From positions 106,764 to 170,763 of the forward strand of contig PGXY01000002.1 of assembly GCA_002839375.1 (NCBI GenBank): DNA of 64,000 nucleotides, read 5' to 3'. Of this stretch, positions 19,289-29,174 are shown piece by piece. Within the stretch, counting starts at the first letter, position 1. Every line of letters starts with the position of its first letter. The translations under genes and the position numbers were made by a program. This DNA is from Spirochaetae bacterium HGW-Spirochaetae-1 (lineage in GTDB: Bacteria; Spirochaetota; UBA4802; UBA5550). The notes beneath the pieces are model-generated. The model saw nothing but the letters and a program-made list of their open reading frames with translations. It searched no databases and was not told the DNA's origin.

Positions 19289-21058
19289 TCAGGGAACAAC
19301 CTCAAGTCCTATCAGGAGCACATCATCCTCGAAGGGATTGTCTCCCCGGTGCTGCTGCAGTTCACTGTATATGCCGTCGACAAATTCCTTTACGGGTTTT
19401 TTCCCGTATACCGGGAGGATGTCCGGCATGGTATCTTCAAACTGCCGGAAGTTCCTGTCTACGGCCTCGGTAAGACCGTCGGTATACAGGAGTATCTTGT
19501 CGCCTTCCATGAGATTGATGGTAATTTCTTCGCAGTTGATTTCTCTTTCATATCCCAGGAGAGTCCCTTTCGAGATCAGACGGGATATTTCACCATGGCG
19601 TATAAGAAAAGGGTATGTATGCCCGGCCCTGGCATACCGGAGTGTCCTGTCATTGTTATTGTAGATGCAGTAGAAGGCCGTGAGGAAATTGTCGCCCATG
19701 TATCCCGTTATGTTGTTATTGATATACCTGAGAAGGTCGGCTGGATCGAGCCTGATAACGCCGGCCGTGTCGAGCAGCGTCTTCAGCATCCCCGTTATGA
19801 GAGCGGCGGGCACACCGTGGCCTGAAACATCACTGATGAAGATGCCCAGCATGTCACGGTCCCGGAGTTTTATGAAATCAAAAAAATCACCGCCCAGCTC
19901 TGCCATGGACCGGTAAACGGCATGAATTTTAACGCCGTCAACAACGGGCATGGTTCGCGGAATTATACTGCTCTGAATCTTCTGGGCCAGGATCAGCTCC
20001 TTTTCCATGATATCGTTTTTCTGGGCCAGCTCCTGCTTCTCCCTGATGTCGTGTCCCACGATGACAGTTCCCACATGCTCGTCGAATTCATCGGTTATTA
20101 ACGAGGAAGAAATATTGACGGGGATATCTCCGTGGGACCTTCTTTTTATTTTCAGTTCGATATTTGTCATGGCGCCGGTCCTGTTGTCGACGGGGAAGAT
20201 GTCCCTGCCGGTGATGGAGTGGAAGGGCTTTCCTGTCAGTTCTCGGGAGGTGTAGCCCAGGGTGTTTAATACCTGTTCATTGAAAAGCACAATATTGCCG
20301 TATTTGTCCAGAAGAAAGACCAGGTCCATCATCTGGGATATTATTTTTTCCGAGGCGATTTTGGAGCTGAGCATGAGGAGGCGGTATTTACCGATGGCAT
20401 ACCAGATGCCGGCAAGGCCGCCCACGAAGGAGAGGTGCCCTACAACGGGGAGTTTTAGGCCCATCAAAACCGAAATGATATTGAACGTGTAGACTATCAC
20501 CATGGTGCTCATGAGGGAGACTATGACTATCTTCGCCTGTTTTTTCTTTCGTATCGATTTGACTTCCAGCAGGTATTTAAGGCTTATACCGGCGGCGGCG
20601 GTCATACACAGGCCGTTGTAGATCATGTAAGCGCGGTACCACGGTGAGGTGCTGTCCTGCACTTCCAGGATCATGTCCTGCTCCCATATGAAATCCCCGG
20701 TGAACAGCACGCCCGTCATAGAGCGGATGAGAAAGAGGACCACGGGAGTGTAGAGGAGGATAAAGAACCATTTTTTCTTCGTCAGGGTTTGCTGTTTTGT
20801 AAATATAAGGATGAAATGAAGGAAAACTCCCGGGATGGCGGTCCACCCGATGGATGAGATCCTGTACCAGAACATGGCCGTTTCGCGGTCGCGGGCCATG
20901 TAGATAAATGTGTAGCCGAAGGACCAGATGGCGAAGCAGATGATGATGACAAAGAAGAGGCGGTTGAGCATAAGTCGGGGGTTGAGCCTCAGGACGTATA
21001 TCCCGAAGTAGAGACCCGCTATGCAGGAGAAAAAAGCGAATAGTGACAGGTAAAACAT
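19289..21058 (-). CDS. PP2C/SpoIIE protein phosphatase with N-terminal 7TM sensor region and PAS domain
   Basis: Seven hydrophobic segments; PAS (DLVFLLDKYGNIVLFN); GGDFFD, ISDVSGHGVPAAL, LYTDGLTE and DDVLLI. Confidence 0.9.
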   Translation of the reverse strand: MFYLSLFAFFSCIAGLYFGIYVLRLNPRLMLNRLFFVIIICFAIWSFGYTFIYMARDRETAMFWYRISSIGWTAIPGVFLHFILIFTKQQTLTKKKWFFILLYTPVVLFLIRSMTGVLFTGDFIWEQDMILEVQDSTSPWYRAYMIYNGLCMTAAAGISLKYLLEVKSIRKKKQAKIVIVSLMSTMVIVYTFNIISVLMGLKLPVVGHLSFVGGLAGIWYAIGKYRLLMLSSKIASEKIISQMMDLVFLLDKYGNIVLFNEQVLNTLGYTSRELTGKPFHSITGRDIFPVDNRTGAMTNIELKIKRRSHGDIPVNISSSLITDEFDEHVGTVIVGHDIREKQELAQKNDIMEKELILAQKIQSSIIPRTMPVVDGVKIHAVYRSMAELGGDFFDFIKLRDRDMLGIFISDVSGHGVPAALITGMLKTLLDTAGVIRLDPADLLRYINNNITGYMGDNFLTAFYCIYNNNDRTLRYARAGHTYPFLIRHGEISRLISKGTLLGYEREINCEEITINLMEGDKILLYTDGLTEAVDRNFRQFEDTMPDILPVYGKKPVKEFVDGIYSELQQHRGDNPFEDDVLLIGLEVVP

Positions 21059-21081
21059 ATCCGACTGTTTGCCCTGTTCCT

Positions 21082-21690
21082 TTACCGGTTTATCTGGTTT
21101 TTATTGTCCTGTATGTCCACGGCGTACTGCTGCGGCGCTTTTTTGCCGGCCACCTCATAGGCCGAAATGGCGTAGTTCTTTGCCTGCCGGCAACCATCTA
21201 TGACCTGGCGATAATGCTGTGATGAATTCAATTTTTTCGCGTCGTTAAGGTTCTGGCTCGCCATAATAAAATATTTCTCGATCTTTTTGTTGTCCACGAA
21301 ATCTACCAGTTCCACGCCTATATCATCGATGATTTTCGCCGTTCTGTCGATATAGATCCCTGCCAGGTCCCGGTAAATGGCATACTGCAGTTTCAGGTAG
21401 CCGTTATAAAGCTCGATAGCTTCGGTGTACCTGGTTTGTATGTATTTTACCTTGGCGAGTTTTATTTTTTTTTCACCTTCCTGGAAGTCCTGTTTTATTT
21501 TTTCCGTGCCGAAATTCAGGACCGCTATTTCAAGGGTTTTGATCTCCTTTTCACACCGCTCTCGGAGGGTCCGGGCGTCGCTGAGGTCGCTGGCCTTCAG
21601 ATCAAAACTGATGAGCAGGAGTATCGTAAAAATAGATAAAAGAAAAACCGCTGATTTTATGAGAGTTACATAAAAACCTGTCTTTTTCAT
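21082..21690 (-). CDS. Secreted helical hypothetical protein
   Basis: Signal-like N-terminus followed by an all-alpha pattern; RBS GGGGAG upstream; no family motif recognised with certainty. Confidence 0.65.
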   Translation of the reverse strand: MKKTGFYVTLIKSAVFLLSIFTILLLISFDLKASDLSDARTLRERCEKEIKTLEIAVLNFGTEKIKQDFQEGEKKIKLAKVKYIQTRYTEAIELYNGYLKLQYAIYRDLAGIYIDRTAKIIDDIGVELVDFVDNKKIEKYFIMASQNLNDAKKLNSSQHYRQVIDGCRQAKNYAISAYEVAGKKAPQQYAVDIQDNKNQINR

Positions 21691-21811
21691 TGTGGTGTTC
21701 TCCCCGGTGATATTTGCAATTATTATGATGATATTTCCGGCGAACTGTCAATTCTATTATTACAGAATTCACCGCTTTCATGGAATATGACGGACTTTGC
21801 CTGCCCGTGTT

Positions 21812-22363
21812 CTATTTATTATTGTCCTTCACTATATACCTGAAAAGGCAATGATCTTTGCCTGTTTTAAAGCGCTGCTCCAACTCCAGTTTTACATGGG
21901 GATTATACCCGTCCAGGATAGCAAAATCTGCATATTTACAGTAGATGTTCGCGTATTCCTCAAGGCCCCATTCCCGGGCAGCGGCATGGAAGGAGCAGGT
22001 GGTAACGGGGGCCAGGAGGTCGGCATTATCCAGGTAAGGCTTCACGGGGAAATTTGCTCCGTCAATATCGGTGTAGATAAGCCAGTTCTTGAAGGAGAGC
22101 GGTTTGCCCAGGGCCGTGACACGCTGTGCTATCCGACGGCCCCTTTCCCTGCCGAAATTTTCAACGGCTTCGCGGATCAGTTTCTCCCCTTCATCGGGAC
22201 CAAGTCTTTCGATTATCACTTTACTCATGGAGGCAAAGAGCTGGGCCGTCAGTCCAAATCCCGGTGTCTGATATTTTTTTCCAATGAGCTTTCTCCTGAA
22301 AAGGACATCCTTCAGATATCCCATGCTCAGACCCTTTTTCTTTTCTCTTTGAAGATCATCCAC
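21812..22363 (-). CDS. L-2-amino-thiazoline-4-carboxylic acid hydrolase family protein
   Basis: REAVENFGRERG and the Cys pattern TCSFH...EWG...YCKYAD...GY...L...G...CLF. Confidence 0.8.
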   Translation of the reverse strand: MDDLQREKKKGLSMGYLKDVLFRRKLIGKKYQTPGFGLTAQLFASMSKVIIERLGPDEGEKLIREAVENFGRERGRRIAQRVTALGKPLSFKNWLIYTDIDGANFPVKPYLDNADLLAPVTTCSFHAAAREWGLEEYANIYCKYADFAILDGYNPHVKLELEQRFKTGKDHCLFRYIVKDNNK

Positions 22364-22394
22364 GATATTTCCTCCACTGGGATTGATTTTTTAT

Positions 22395-23024
22395 TCAGGC
22401 AATATATTTAAATATGGATTGCGCCAGTTCATTGATGAGCCTGTCTTCATCACTCCGGTAATTGAAAAATTTGATTGAGTGTACCAGGTAGGCGATTGAG
22501 CCATGGATTATTTTTGCAGCCATATCGATATCCTCAATACCCAGGGGACGGCTTTTGCGAAATTGAATAAGAATATTTTTAATATACTGGAGTTCGCGTT
22601 TTTCGGCTGCGTCATAGATTTTGGCGATGTCCGCATCGGTAAAGCGCAGGGCGATGGTCTGGGCATGGAACCGCAGGTCGATGTCAAAGCTGCGGAAAAC
22701 ATTTTTAAGGTACTGATAGAGGGTTTCTTTAATATCGTGCTCCTCGCCGGTATACCGGAATTCAATGGCATCCGATAAAATATGGGCTGAAACGGTATTG
22801 ATAAAGCTCTCCAACACCTCCAGGTACAGGGTGCGTTTGTCCGGGAAATAGCTATAGAAACTGCCAATGGACACACCGGCCTTTTCCACGATTTCATTGG
22901 AGCTTGTCCCATGAAGACCCTTTTCGGAAAAGAGGAGCCTGGCAGCCTCCATTATTCTTTGTTTCATCTCTATACTTCTTTTTTGCCTTGGTTCTCTTGT
23001 ATTCTTATTATGAATGCGGGGCAT
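22395..23024 (-). CDS. TetR/AcrR family transcriptional regulator
   Basis: RIMEAARLLFSEKGLHGTSSNEIVEKAGVSIGSFYSYFPDK. Confidence 0.92.
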   Translation of the reverse strand: MPRIHNKNTREPRQKRSIEMKQRIMEAARLLFSEKGLHGTSSNEIVEKAGVSIGSFYSYFPDKRTLYLEVLESFINTVSAHILSDAIEFRYTGEEHDIKETLYQYLKNVFRSFDIDLRFHAQTIALRFTDADIAKIYDAAEKRELQYIKNILIQFRKSRPLGIEDIDMAAKIIHGSIAYLVHSIKFFNYRSDEDRLINELAQSIFKYIA

Positions 23025-23046
23025 AAACGAGTCTCCCTGAAAATAA

Positions 23047-23101
23047 ATAATATGAGTATTAGCTCATATTATGCTTGACAATATGAGTTAATATTCGTAT
23101 T
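23047..23101. promoter_or_regulatory. Tandem palindromic TetR-type operators
   Basis: Perfect ataatatgag-N6-ctcatattat (23047-23072) and degenerate aatatgag-N6-ttcgtatt (23080-23101) in the divergent intergenic region. Confidence 0.72.
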
Positions 23102-23103
23102 TT
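23075..23103 (+). promoter_or_regulatory. Sigma70-type promoter for the amidohydrolase gene
   Basis: TTGACA (23075-23080), 17 bp, TATTTT (23098-23103); overlapped by operator 2. Confidence 0.55.
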
Positions 23104-23205
23104 AATGTATATCGGTCAGTTGTCAAGCTGAGTATATAATTAATATCACCTTTACTAAACCGGGGCTCTGACCCCGGATTTCAAATCAGCAGGGGAGGCA
23201 GGGCT

Positions 23206-25017
23206 ATGGCGGATAATAAGAACGGGTCATTTTTAAGCAGAAAGTCCTTTATTAAAAAATCGGCACTCATCGCAGCTTCAGCGGCCCTGCCGGGTCTTTT
23301 GGCCTGCGGCAGGAATGGAACATCATATTCAACAAAAACGCCGGACTTTTCAGGCTTCGACCGTCTCATGGCGGGGAAAAGGGAGCGTCTTGCCGTAGCT
23401 GACCGGGGTTCCATGCTGCTTCTGAAAAACGGTATTATCGTGGACGGTTCCGGTGCCGGGGCCTACAGGGGGGATCTCCTTATTTCGGGAAATAGAATTG
23501 AAATGGTGACGGCCAAAGACCTGGATTTCCGGGGTCAGAGCCTTGACTGTACCGGCATGGTTATAGCACCGGGATTTATCGATATGCATGCCCACCAGGA
23601 CTTTGTGTTTCCGGTAAAAAATGCCGATCGTCATTTCATTCCTTATATCAGGCAGGGAGTGACCACCTTTTTTTGCGGCAACTGCGGTTTCAGCGCGGCA
23701 GGATTTAAAAAGAAGAGCCCCTTCAAATCGAAGATCGAAGGATTCACGAAGCTTTTTTCCGGCAGCGAATATACCTTTGCGTGGGAATCCATGGATGAGT
23801 ATCAAAGATATCTGCGGGGGAAGGGGACTCTGCAGAATATGCTGATGCTGGCCGGTGATGGTACGACCAGGATATCCCTCCAGGGCTACAGTCCCCGGGC
23901 CATGACGAGCGCCATGAAGAAGGAATATCTCTATCTCATGGAAGAGGCCATGGAGCAGGGGGCCAGGGGAGCATCCCTGGGGCTCCAGTATGAGCCGGGC
24001 ATCTTTGCCACTGATGAAGATCTCTATGACCTGGCCAGGCTTGTTAAAAAGCATGACAAGGTGCTCACGGTTCATATGAAGGCCTATTCGGCCCTGTCGC
24101 CCACCTATCCCCTCAATCCCTTTGGCGAGTCACATAACCTCATAGCCCTGAAGGAGATGCTGAAAATAGCCGGGGACACGGGAGTGCGCCTCCAGGCCTC
24201 GCATCTCATATTCGTGGGAGAAAAATCCTTTGATACCTGCTCTCGGGCCCTGGAACTCATTGATGAGGCCCGGTCAAAAGGCACGGACGTGATGTTCGAT
24301 ACCTATGCCTACAATTGCGGAATATCCAAGATTAATGTTTTTATGCCCAAGTGGTTTCTCGAAAAAACACCTGCCGCATTCACTGACAGGGGAGACCTGC
24401 TGCGGCTCAGGGCGGAACTGGAGCTCATAACCTTTCTTCTCGGTTTCGGTATGGAGGATATAAGAATTACCAACGCGCTTGTTCCGGAATACAATGACTG
24501 CAACGGCATGTTCATTCACGAGATCGCTGAAAAAAAGAATATGAGCAGCTTTGAAGTATTTGTCGATCTGGCCAGGAAATCAGGGGGCGAGGCTCATGTG
24601 CTGAACAGCCGGTACAGCTCGCAGGAAAATGTCATGGATATGATGCGACATCCCCAGTCAATTTTTATGACCGATGCCACGGTGATGGGGGAAGGGGTGC
24701 AGAACCCCGCGGCTTTCGGCAATTTCCCCCGGTTCCTTCAGCTGGCCCGGGACTATGGCCATGTGTCACTGGAACAGGTTGTTCGCAAAATGACCGGGGC
24801 CTCGGCACAACAGTTTGGCCTTAAGGACAGGGGGCTGCTGAAAAAGGGATATGCCGCCGATATCACCGTGTTTGACTGGAAGAATATCGCCGATAACAAT
24901 GTGGCAGGAAAAACCGATCAGTCCCCGCGGGGGATAGGCACGGTAATTGTAAACGGCACACCGGTTCTGAAAAACGGCATACCCGTGGTGAACCGTAAAC
25001 CGGGGATGGTCCTGTAG
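23206..25017 (+). CDS. N-acyl-D-amino acid deacylase family amidohydrolase, probably a Tat-exported lipoprotein
   Basis: SRKSFIK Tat-like motif and LLAC lipobox; PGFIDMHAHQD, GNCG, TVHMK, SHL and MTD match the D-aminoacylase metal ligands. Confidence 0.85.
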   Translation: MADNKNGSFLSRKSFIKKSALIAASAALPGLLACGRNGTSYSTKTPDFSGFDRLMAGKRERLAVADRGSMLLLKNGIIVDGSGAGAYRGDLLISGNRIEMVTAKDLDFRGQSLDCTGMVIAPGFIDMHAHQDFVFPVKNADRHFIPYIRQGVTTFFCGNCGFSAAGFKKKSPFKSKIEGFTKLFSGSEYTFAWESMDEYQRYLRGKGTLQNMLMLAGDGTTRISLQGYSPRAMTSAMKKEYLYLMEEAMEQGARGASLGLQYEPGIFATDEDLYDLARLVKKHDKVLTVHMKAYSALSPTYPLNPFGESHNLIALKEMLKIAGDTGVRLQASHLIFVGEKSFDTCSRALELIDEARSKGTDVMFDTYAYNCGISKINVFMPKWFLEKTPAAFTDRGDLLRLRAELELITFLLGFGMEDIRITNALVPEYNDCNGMFIHEIAEKKNMSSFEVFVDLARKSGGEAHVLNSRYSSQENVMDMMRHPQSIFMTDATVMGEGVQNPAAFGNFPRFLQLARDYGHVSLEQVVRKMTGASAQQFGLKDRGLLKKGYAADITVFDWKNIADNNVAGKTDQSPRGIGTVIVNGTPVLKNGIPVVNRKPGMVL

Positions 25018-25091
25018 ACATTACGCTCCCGGCGGCCCGTATTGCAAATTATAATTCAGTATGCAGAGCCCATATTAAGATAATCCACCCA

Positions 25092-25538
25092 TTACAGGGC
25101 CAGATGAAAGCCTTGTTTGGCATGACGGTCAAATCCCAGCTTATCATAAAAGGCATGGGCTTCGATTCTGTTTACGCTGCTGAGCAGTATTATTTTATAG
25201 CAATTTCGCATCCTGGCATGTTCGATCACGGCCTGCATGACTTCAAAGCCATGGCCCTGCCTGCGGAAACCGGGATGGGTAATAACATTTTCCACAACGG
25301 CATAGGGGCGGCCCTGGCGTGTGAGATTGGGTACAATTGCCAGCGAAGCCGATGCGATGACCATGCCGTCTTTTTCGATGATGTAACAGGTGAAGAAGTC
25401 ACGGTTATTGATAATTCCGCCCCATGCCTTTTTCAAGACAGCCGGTTCGGGCTGTTTCTCTTTTGGATGCAGACAGGCATACAAGGCCATAAGTCCTGGA
25501 AGATCTTCTTCGGATATTTGTCTTGGCAGTAATTTCAT
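25092..25538 (-). CDS. GNAT family N-acetyltransferase
   Basis: VENVITHPGFRRQGHG, CYKIILLS and AHAFYDKLGF. Confidence 0.9.
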   Translation of the reverse strand: MKLLPRQISEEDLPGLMALYACLHPKEKQPEPAVLKKAWGGIINNRDFFTCYIIEKDGMVIASASLAIVPNLTRQGRPYAVVENVITHPGFRRQGHGFEVMQAVIEHARMRNCYKIILLSSVNRIEAHAFYDKLGFDRHAKQGFHLAL

Positions 25539-25752
25539 CGTTTCCTGTTATAAGGCGCTCTGTCCCCACTGTCAAGCCATTGATTTTTGTCAAGATAAAT
25601 AAAAAAAATTGAGTTTTTTTAGATTTAATTAATTGGTTAAAAAGTTAACTAAACATAGTAATTATTATTGACAACTTTTTGATTTTATTGTTTATTATAA
25701 TTGATCGATTAGTTAATGTACATATCGATATTTATAATGTCGGGGATAAATT

Positions 25753-27483
25753 ATGAGACGGATAATTTCCATTTCAGGAAAGTTCTTTGCATACATGGGA
25801 ATCATGAGCGCCTGCATTTCAAGCGGTTGTATGCCTCCCGCTGCACAAATAAATTCTGCCGATAATCTTTCCCTGAAGGCCTACGCAACAGGAGATTTTG
25901 TCGACAGGATAACCGTCAGCTGGTCTGAAATGTCCGATGCTTCTCTGTACCGGATGTATCGCGCTGAAACTCCCGAAGGGCCCTATGAAAGTATCAAGGA
26001 ATTTACTCCTTCCGATGATAGCGCCCGCATCGTAAACGCTGATCCCTATGTACCTATCCCCGTCGTGGAGGAACCCGAGGAAGAAGATAATGATGAAATC
26101 GATCCTGTGTACCTCAATTTTTCCTACACATCGGAAGAGGATCTGAGCAGCGGTAAATACATCGCGGCATTGCAGATTCCACAACTGCGTATCCTCATGG
26201 GTTCAGCCGATGAATCCACCGCTGACATCGATATAGTCGTATCCTTTCCCACACTGGTTACATGGGTTCCCACGACCTGGTCAGCCAGCTATACGCCGGG
26301 ACTCATAGCCAGCGCCATCAACGACGCGGCGGGCCGGCAGATTTGCGACATCAGCGAGGACGGGAATCACCTGGAGTTCGTCAGCACCTGGGGACCCATC
26401 GTATTTAAAAATGAAAACAATACCCTTTCCTATACACCCATCGATTATTTCATAAAGGACGGTGTGGGCAGGAGTCAGGTTCTGGTTGTAAACAAGGACG
26501 GTTCCCAGGTTCTTGATGAAGATGATTTTACCGGCAGCTTTCCCGATTATTTTGGTGAAGAACCTGTTGAAGACCCCGCAGAAACCCACAAGATAAGGGA
26601 GTTCAACGAAGATTGCGTGTATTACTTTGATGACATGGACTCAGCACTTGAGTTGAATAAGCGATATTATTACAGGATGCAGGCTCTTCGCAGCAACAAT
26701 ACACTTGTTTCCATGAGCAATTACACCATTGGACGCAGCGTGTCTGCAACAGCGCCGTCCCCGGTTAAGAATATCACGGTCAGCACCGGCAATTACGCGG
26801 ACAGAATTACCCTGGCATGGGAACCCCTGTCACTGGAAGGTGTAACATACACTATTTACAGAAAGCAGGCCGGCACGTTAAATTTCGATTACAATAATCC
26901 CCTCATCGTGGGATTGCTCGAACCGGCTTATGAAGACACCAGTGTTCCTGCCGGGCTGTTCAATTACGAGATACTTGCCGTAAATGCTGCCGGTGAAGAA
27001 GGTACATCCAGTACGGTTCCCAGCGGCTGGAGGACGGCGACAGACCTGGAATTTCTCCGTGTTGCCTATTGGGAAACAATTGAGGGTGAGAAGCGAACTG
27101 CCCAGGCCCTGGGAGTTCCCAGGGTCGCCGATTATGACAGCGGCGCCAATGTCAGTGTAAACATATACGGTCTCGATGGTAAGGTCAACTATAGTCTGAA
27201 CGTCAATGTAGCCACCATGTCAGGGACCGGCACCTGGACGTTTTACAATTACAGGAACTTCAGCGTTTTTATGAACGGTTCCAATTCCATGGACAGCGGG
27301 AGCAGCAAGGACGGAACCGTAAGGGGGCCGGTTGCCGTGTCGGGTATCTACAACGGAACCGTTACCTGGAATATTGTTGTGGATAATGGAGACGCCTCAG
27401 GGGGGTATTTTATTGTGAGCCAGGACGGCGGTGCTCCGGTACAGATTAACTTCACACAGGAACTAAGGACATGTCCTTATTAA
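25753..27483 (+). CDS. Fibronectin type III repeat lipoprotein
   Basis: Lipobox SSGC; FN3 patterns DRITVSW...YRMYRA...YYYRMQA and DRITLAW...YTIYR...YEDT...YEILAVN. Confidence 0.78.
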   Translation: MRRIISISGKFFAYMGIMSACISSGCMPPAAQINSADNLSLKAYATGDFVDRITVSWSEMSDASLYRMYRAETPEGPYESIKEFTPSDDSARIVNADPYVPIPVVEEPEEEDNDEIDPVYLNFSYTSEEDLSSGKYIAALQIPQLRILMGSADESTADIDIVVSFPTLVTWVPTTWSASYTPGLIASAINDAAGRQICDISEDGNHLEFVSTWGPIVFKNENNTLSYTPIDYFIKDGVGRSQVLVVNKDGSQVLDEDDFTGSFPDYFGEEPVEDPAETHKIREFNEDCVYYFDDMDSALELNKRYYYRMQALRSNNTLVSMSNYTIGRSVSATAPSPVKNITVSTGNYADRITLAWEPLSLEGVTYTIYRKQAGTLNFDYNNPLIVGLLEPAYEDTSVPAGLFNYEILAVNAAGEEGTSSTVPSGWRTATDLEFLRVAYWETIEGEKRTAQALGVPRVADYDSGANVSVNIYGLDGKVNYSLNVNVATMSGTGTWTFYNYRNFSVFMNGSNSMDSGSSKDGTVRGPVAVSGIYNGTVTWNIVVDNGDASGGYFIVSQDGGAPVQINFTQELRTCPY

Positions 27484-27504
27484 GGACGATGCGTGTATTG
27501 AATA

Positions 27505-28743
27505 ATGAAAAACAGAATTAGCGTTATCATTTCATTTATTGTATTTGGTCTGTCACCCCTGCCATCCATGGCGGGAGAAAAGCTTATGCAGCTGAAAGGA
27601 TCGTCGGTTTCACCCGACAGGCTTCAGGAGCAGGTTGACCAGTTTGTCCGGGCCATTATTCAGGATATTCCCTCGGAAAATGGAAAAAAATCCACGGTTG
27701 TCCTTGCCGGTTTTGAACTGAAAGATAGTGACCGGTGCCAGAAAAATATCCATTATACGATGACACGGATGCTGTCGTCGTACCTTGGTGGTTCCGACAG
27801 GTTTACCATCATGGATCAGGATGAAGTAGAGGATATCCTGGATGATCTGGATATAGACGAAGATAATCTCTATAGTTCCCGGCGCGAGGCTGAACTTGCA
27901 CAGAAGCTGAAAACTGGGTATGTCATCATGGGCAGGCTGGAGGCGAGTGAAGACGGAACGCGTGAAGTGATTAAAATCAAGGTAGTTGATGCAGCAAAAG
28001 GGACTGTTCTTTACGAAAGGGAATCCCAACTGGACCGGAAGTCTCTGGGGACCGTCTCGGAAAATTATCTCCAGGGTAATGACGCCTATAATTATCTTCC
28101 GCCGTACCTGCGGCTCACGGCCGGTATGGAGTATTACAAGCCTCTGACCACGAGCCACTTCAAGGAAGAATCGGGTGATATCGGCTTCAGCGCCGGTGTA
28201 GTCTATGATATAAACAAGACGCACAGTTTCCAGGGACTGATCAATCTGAGTCTTAGTACGTCGGGCAAGTATGTCTATGATGAGCGTATTATCGAGAATG
28301 ATATTTCGCAGGGGGGTACCGATTCCACGGTACGATCAGCTATTGATTTCAAAAGGGCTTTTGAGTATCTTCTCGGGTATGGATATATTTTCAAAACCTT
28401 CAACAAGCTGTATATCCGCTCCAGTATTTTTCTCGGCCTCGCCTATATCAGGTATGATTATCAGCACCTCTACATGTCCGAGGATATTGGATCAGGTTCA
28501 TTACTCATTTATCCTGTCGATGGCAAGATGCAGAAGTCGGGCAGTTTTTCATCATATATGCTGAATCCCACGGTGGATTTACTCTATGACTACAATAGCC
28601 CTATATCTTTCTATATTTCAGTAGGATATAAATACTTTCTTGATGTTTTCCAGGATACGTGGAGTTATTCAGGCCAGGGCGGGACTTACAGCGCCATAAT
28701 GTCGGGTTATCTTATGCGGTGCGGCGTGGGATATTATTTCTGA
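27505..28743 (+). CDS. Outer-membrane protein: CsgG/FlgO-like domain plus C-terminal beta-barrel
   Basis: Signal peptide; VVLAGF...FTIMDQDEV...YVIMGRLE...IKVVDAAKGTVL; C-terminal strands end CGVGYYF. Confidence 0.62.
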   Translation: MKNRISVIISFIVFGLSPLPSMAGEKLMQLKGSSVSPDRLQEQVDQFVRAIIQDIPSENGKKSTVVLAGFELKDSDRCQKNIHYTMTRMLSSYLGGSDRFTIMDQDEVEDILDDLDIDEDNLYSSRREAELAQKLKTGYVIMGRLEASEDGTREVIKIKVVDAAKGTVLYERESQLDRKSLGTVSENYLQGNDAYNYLPPYLRLTAGMEYYKPLTTSHFKEESGDIGFSAGVVYDINKTHSFQGLINLSLSTSGKYVYDERIIENDISQGGTDSTVRSAIDFKRAFEYLLGYGYIFKTFNKLYIRSSIFLGLAYIRYDYQHLYMSEDIGSGSLLIYPVDGKMQKSGSFSSYMLNPTVDLLYDYNSPISFYISVGYKYFLDVFQDTWSYSGQGGTYSAIMSGYLMRCGVGYYF

Positions 28744-28811
28744 TTTTTTTGTTCTTCCCATCATTAATATCCATCATAGCATTACGTCTCTGTAATAATC
28801 CGGCTATTTAA

Positions 28812-29174
28812 TTATTTCCACAGGTGGTCAAGCAGTATATCTGCCGTTCTTTTAAGGATATGTTCTTCCCGGCTTTTAAAGGCGTCATCTGCAGGGGGGG
28901 ATATTGATGCCCTCCTCGATGACAAAGCTTCCAGGTCGGCAAGAAGTTCTTCAAACCTTCCCGTGATACGCTCCCGATCCCTGGCTTCCAGTTCCTGCCG
29001 GGCCTTCTGCCGCATTTCAAAAATTCGATGGGCTTCCCGGGATATTTCCAGGTGGTCGGAACCGTCATAGGATTTTCTTATAAATGATCTGCTGCGGGTC
29101 GATTCCTGTTCTCTGTCCTGGTGTCTGCTGCTTTTGATATATTCGCGGTACTGGTTCGATCTTTCTACTTTCAT
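28812..29174 (-). CDS. Small helical hypothetical protein, possibly FlgM-like
   Basis: Strong RBS AAGGAGG; low-complexity N-terminus, DHLEISREA and C-terminal TADILL. Confidence 0.55.
   Translation of the reverse strand: MKVERSNQYREYIKSSRHQDREQESTRSRSFIRKSYDGSDHLEISREAHRIFEMRQKARQELEARDRERITGRFEELLADLEALSSRRASISPPADDAFKSREEHILKRTADILLDHLWK

Larger units (their letters stand above)
23162..25567. repeat. Cluster 2 of the dispersed motif GGG(T/A)CAGAGC
   Basis: Copies at 23162(-), 23531(+) and 25557(-). Confidence 0.85.
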
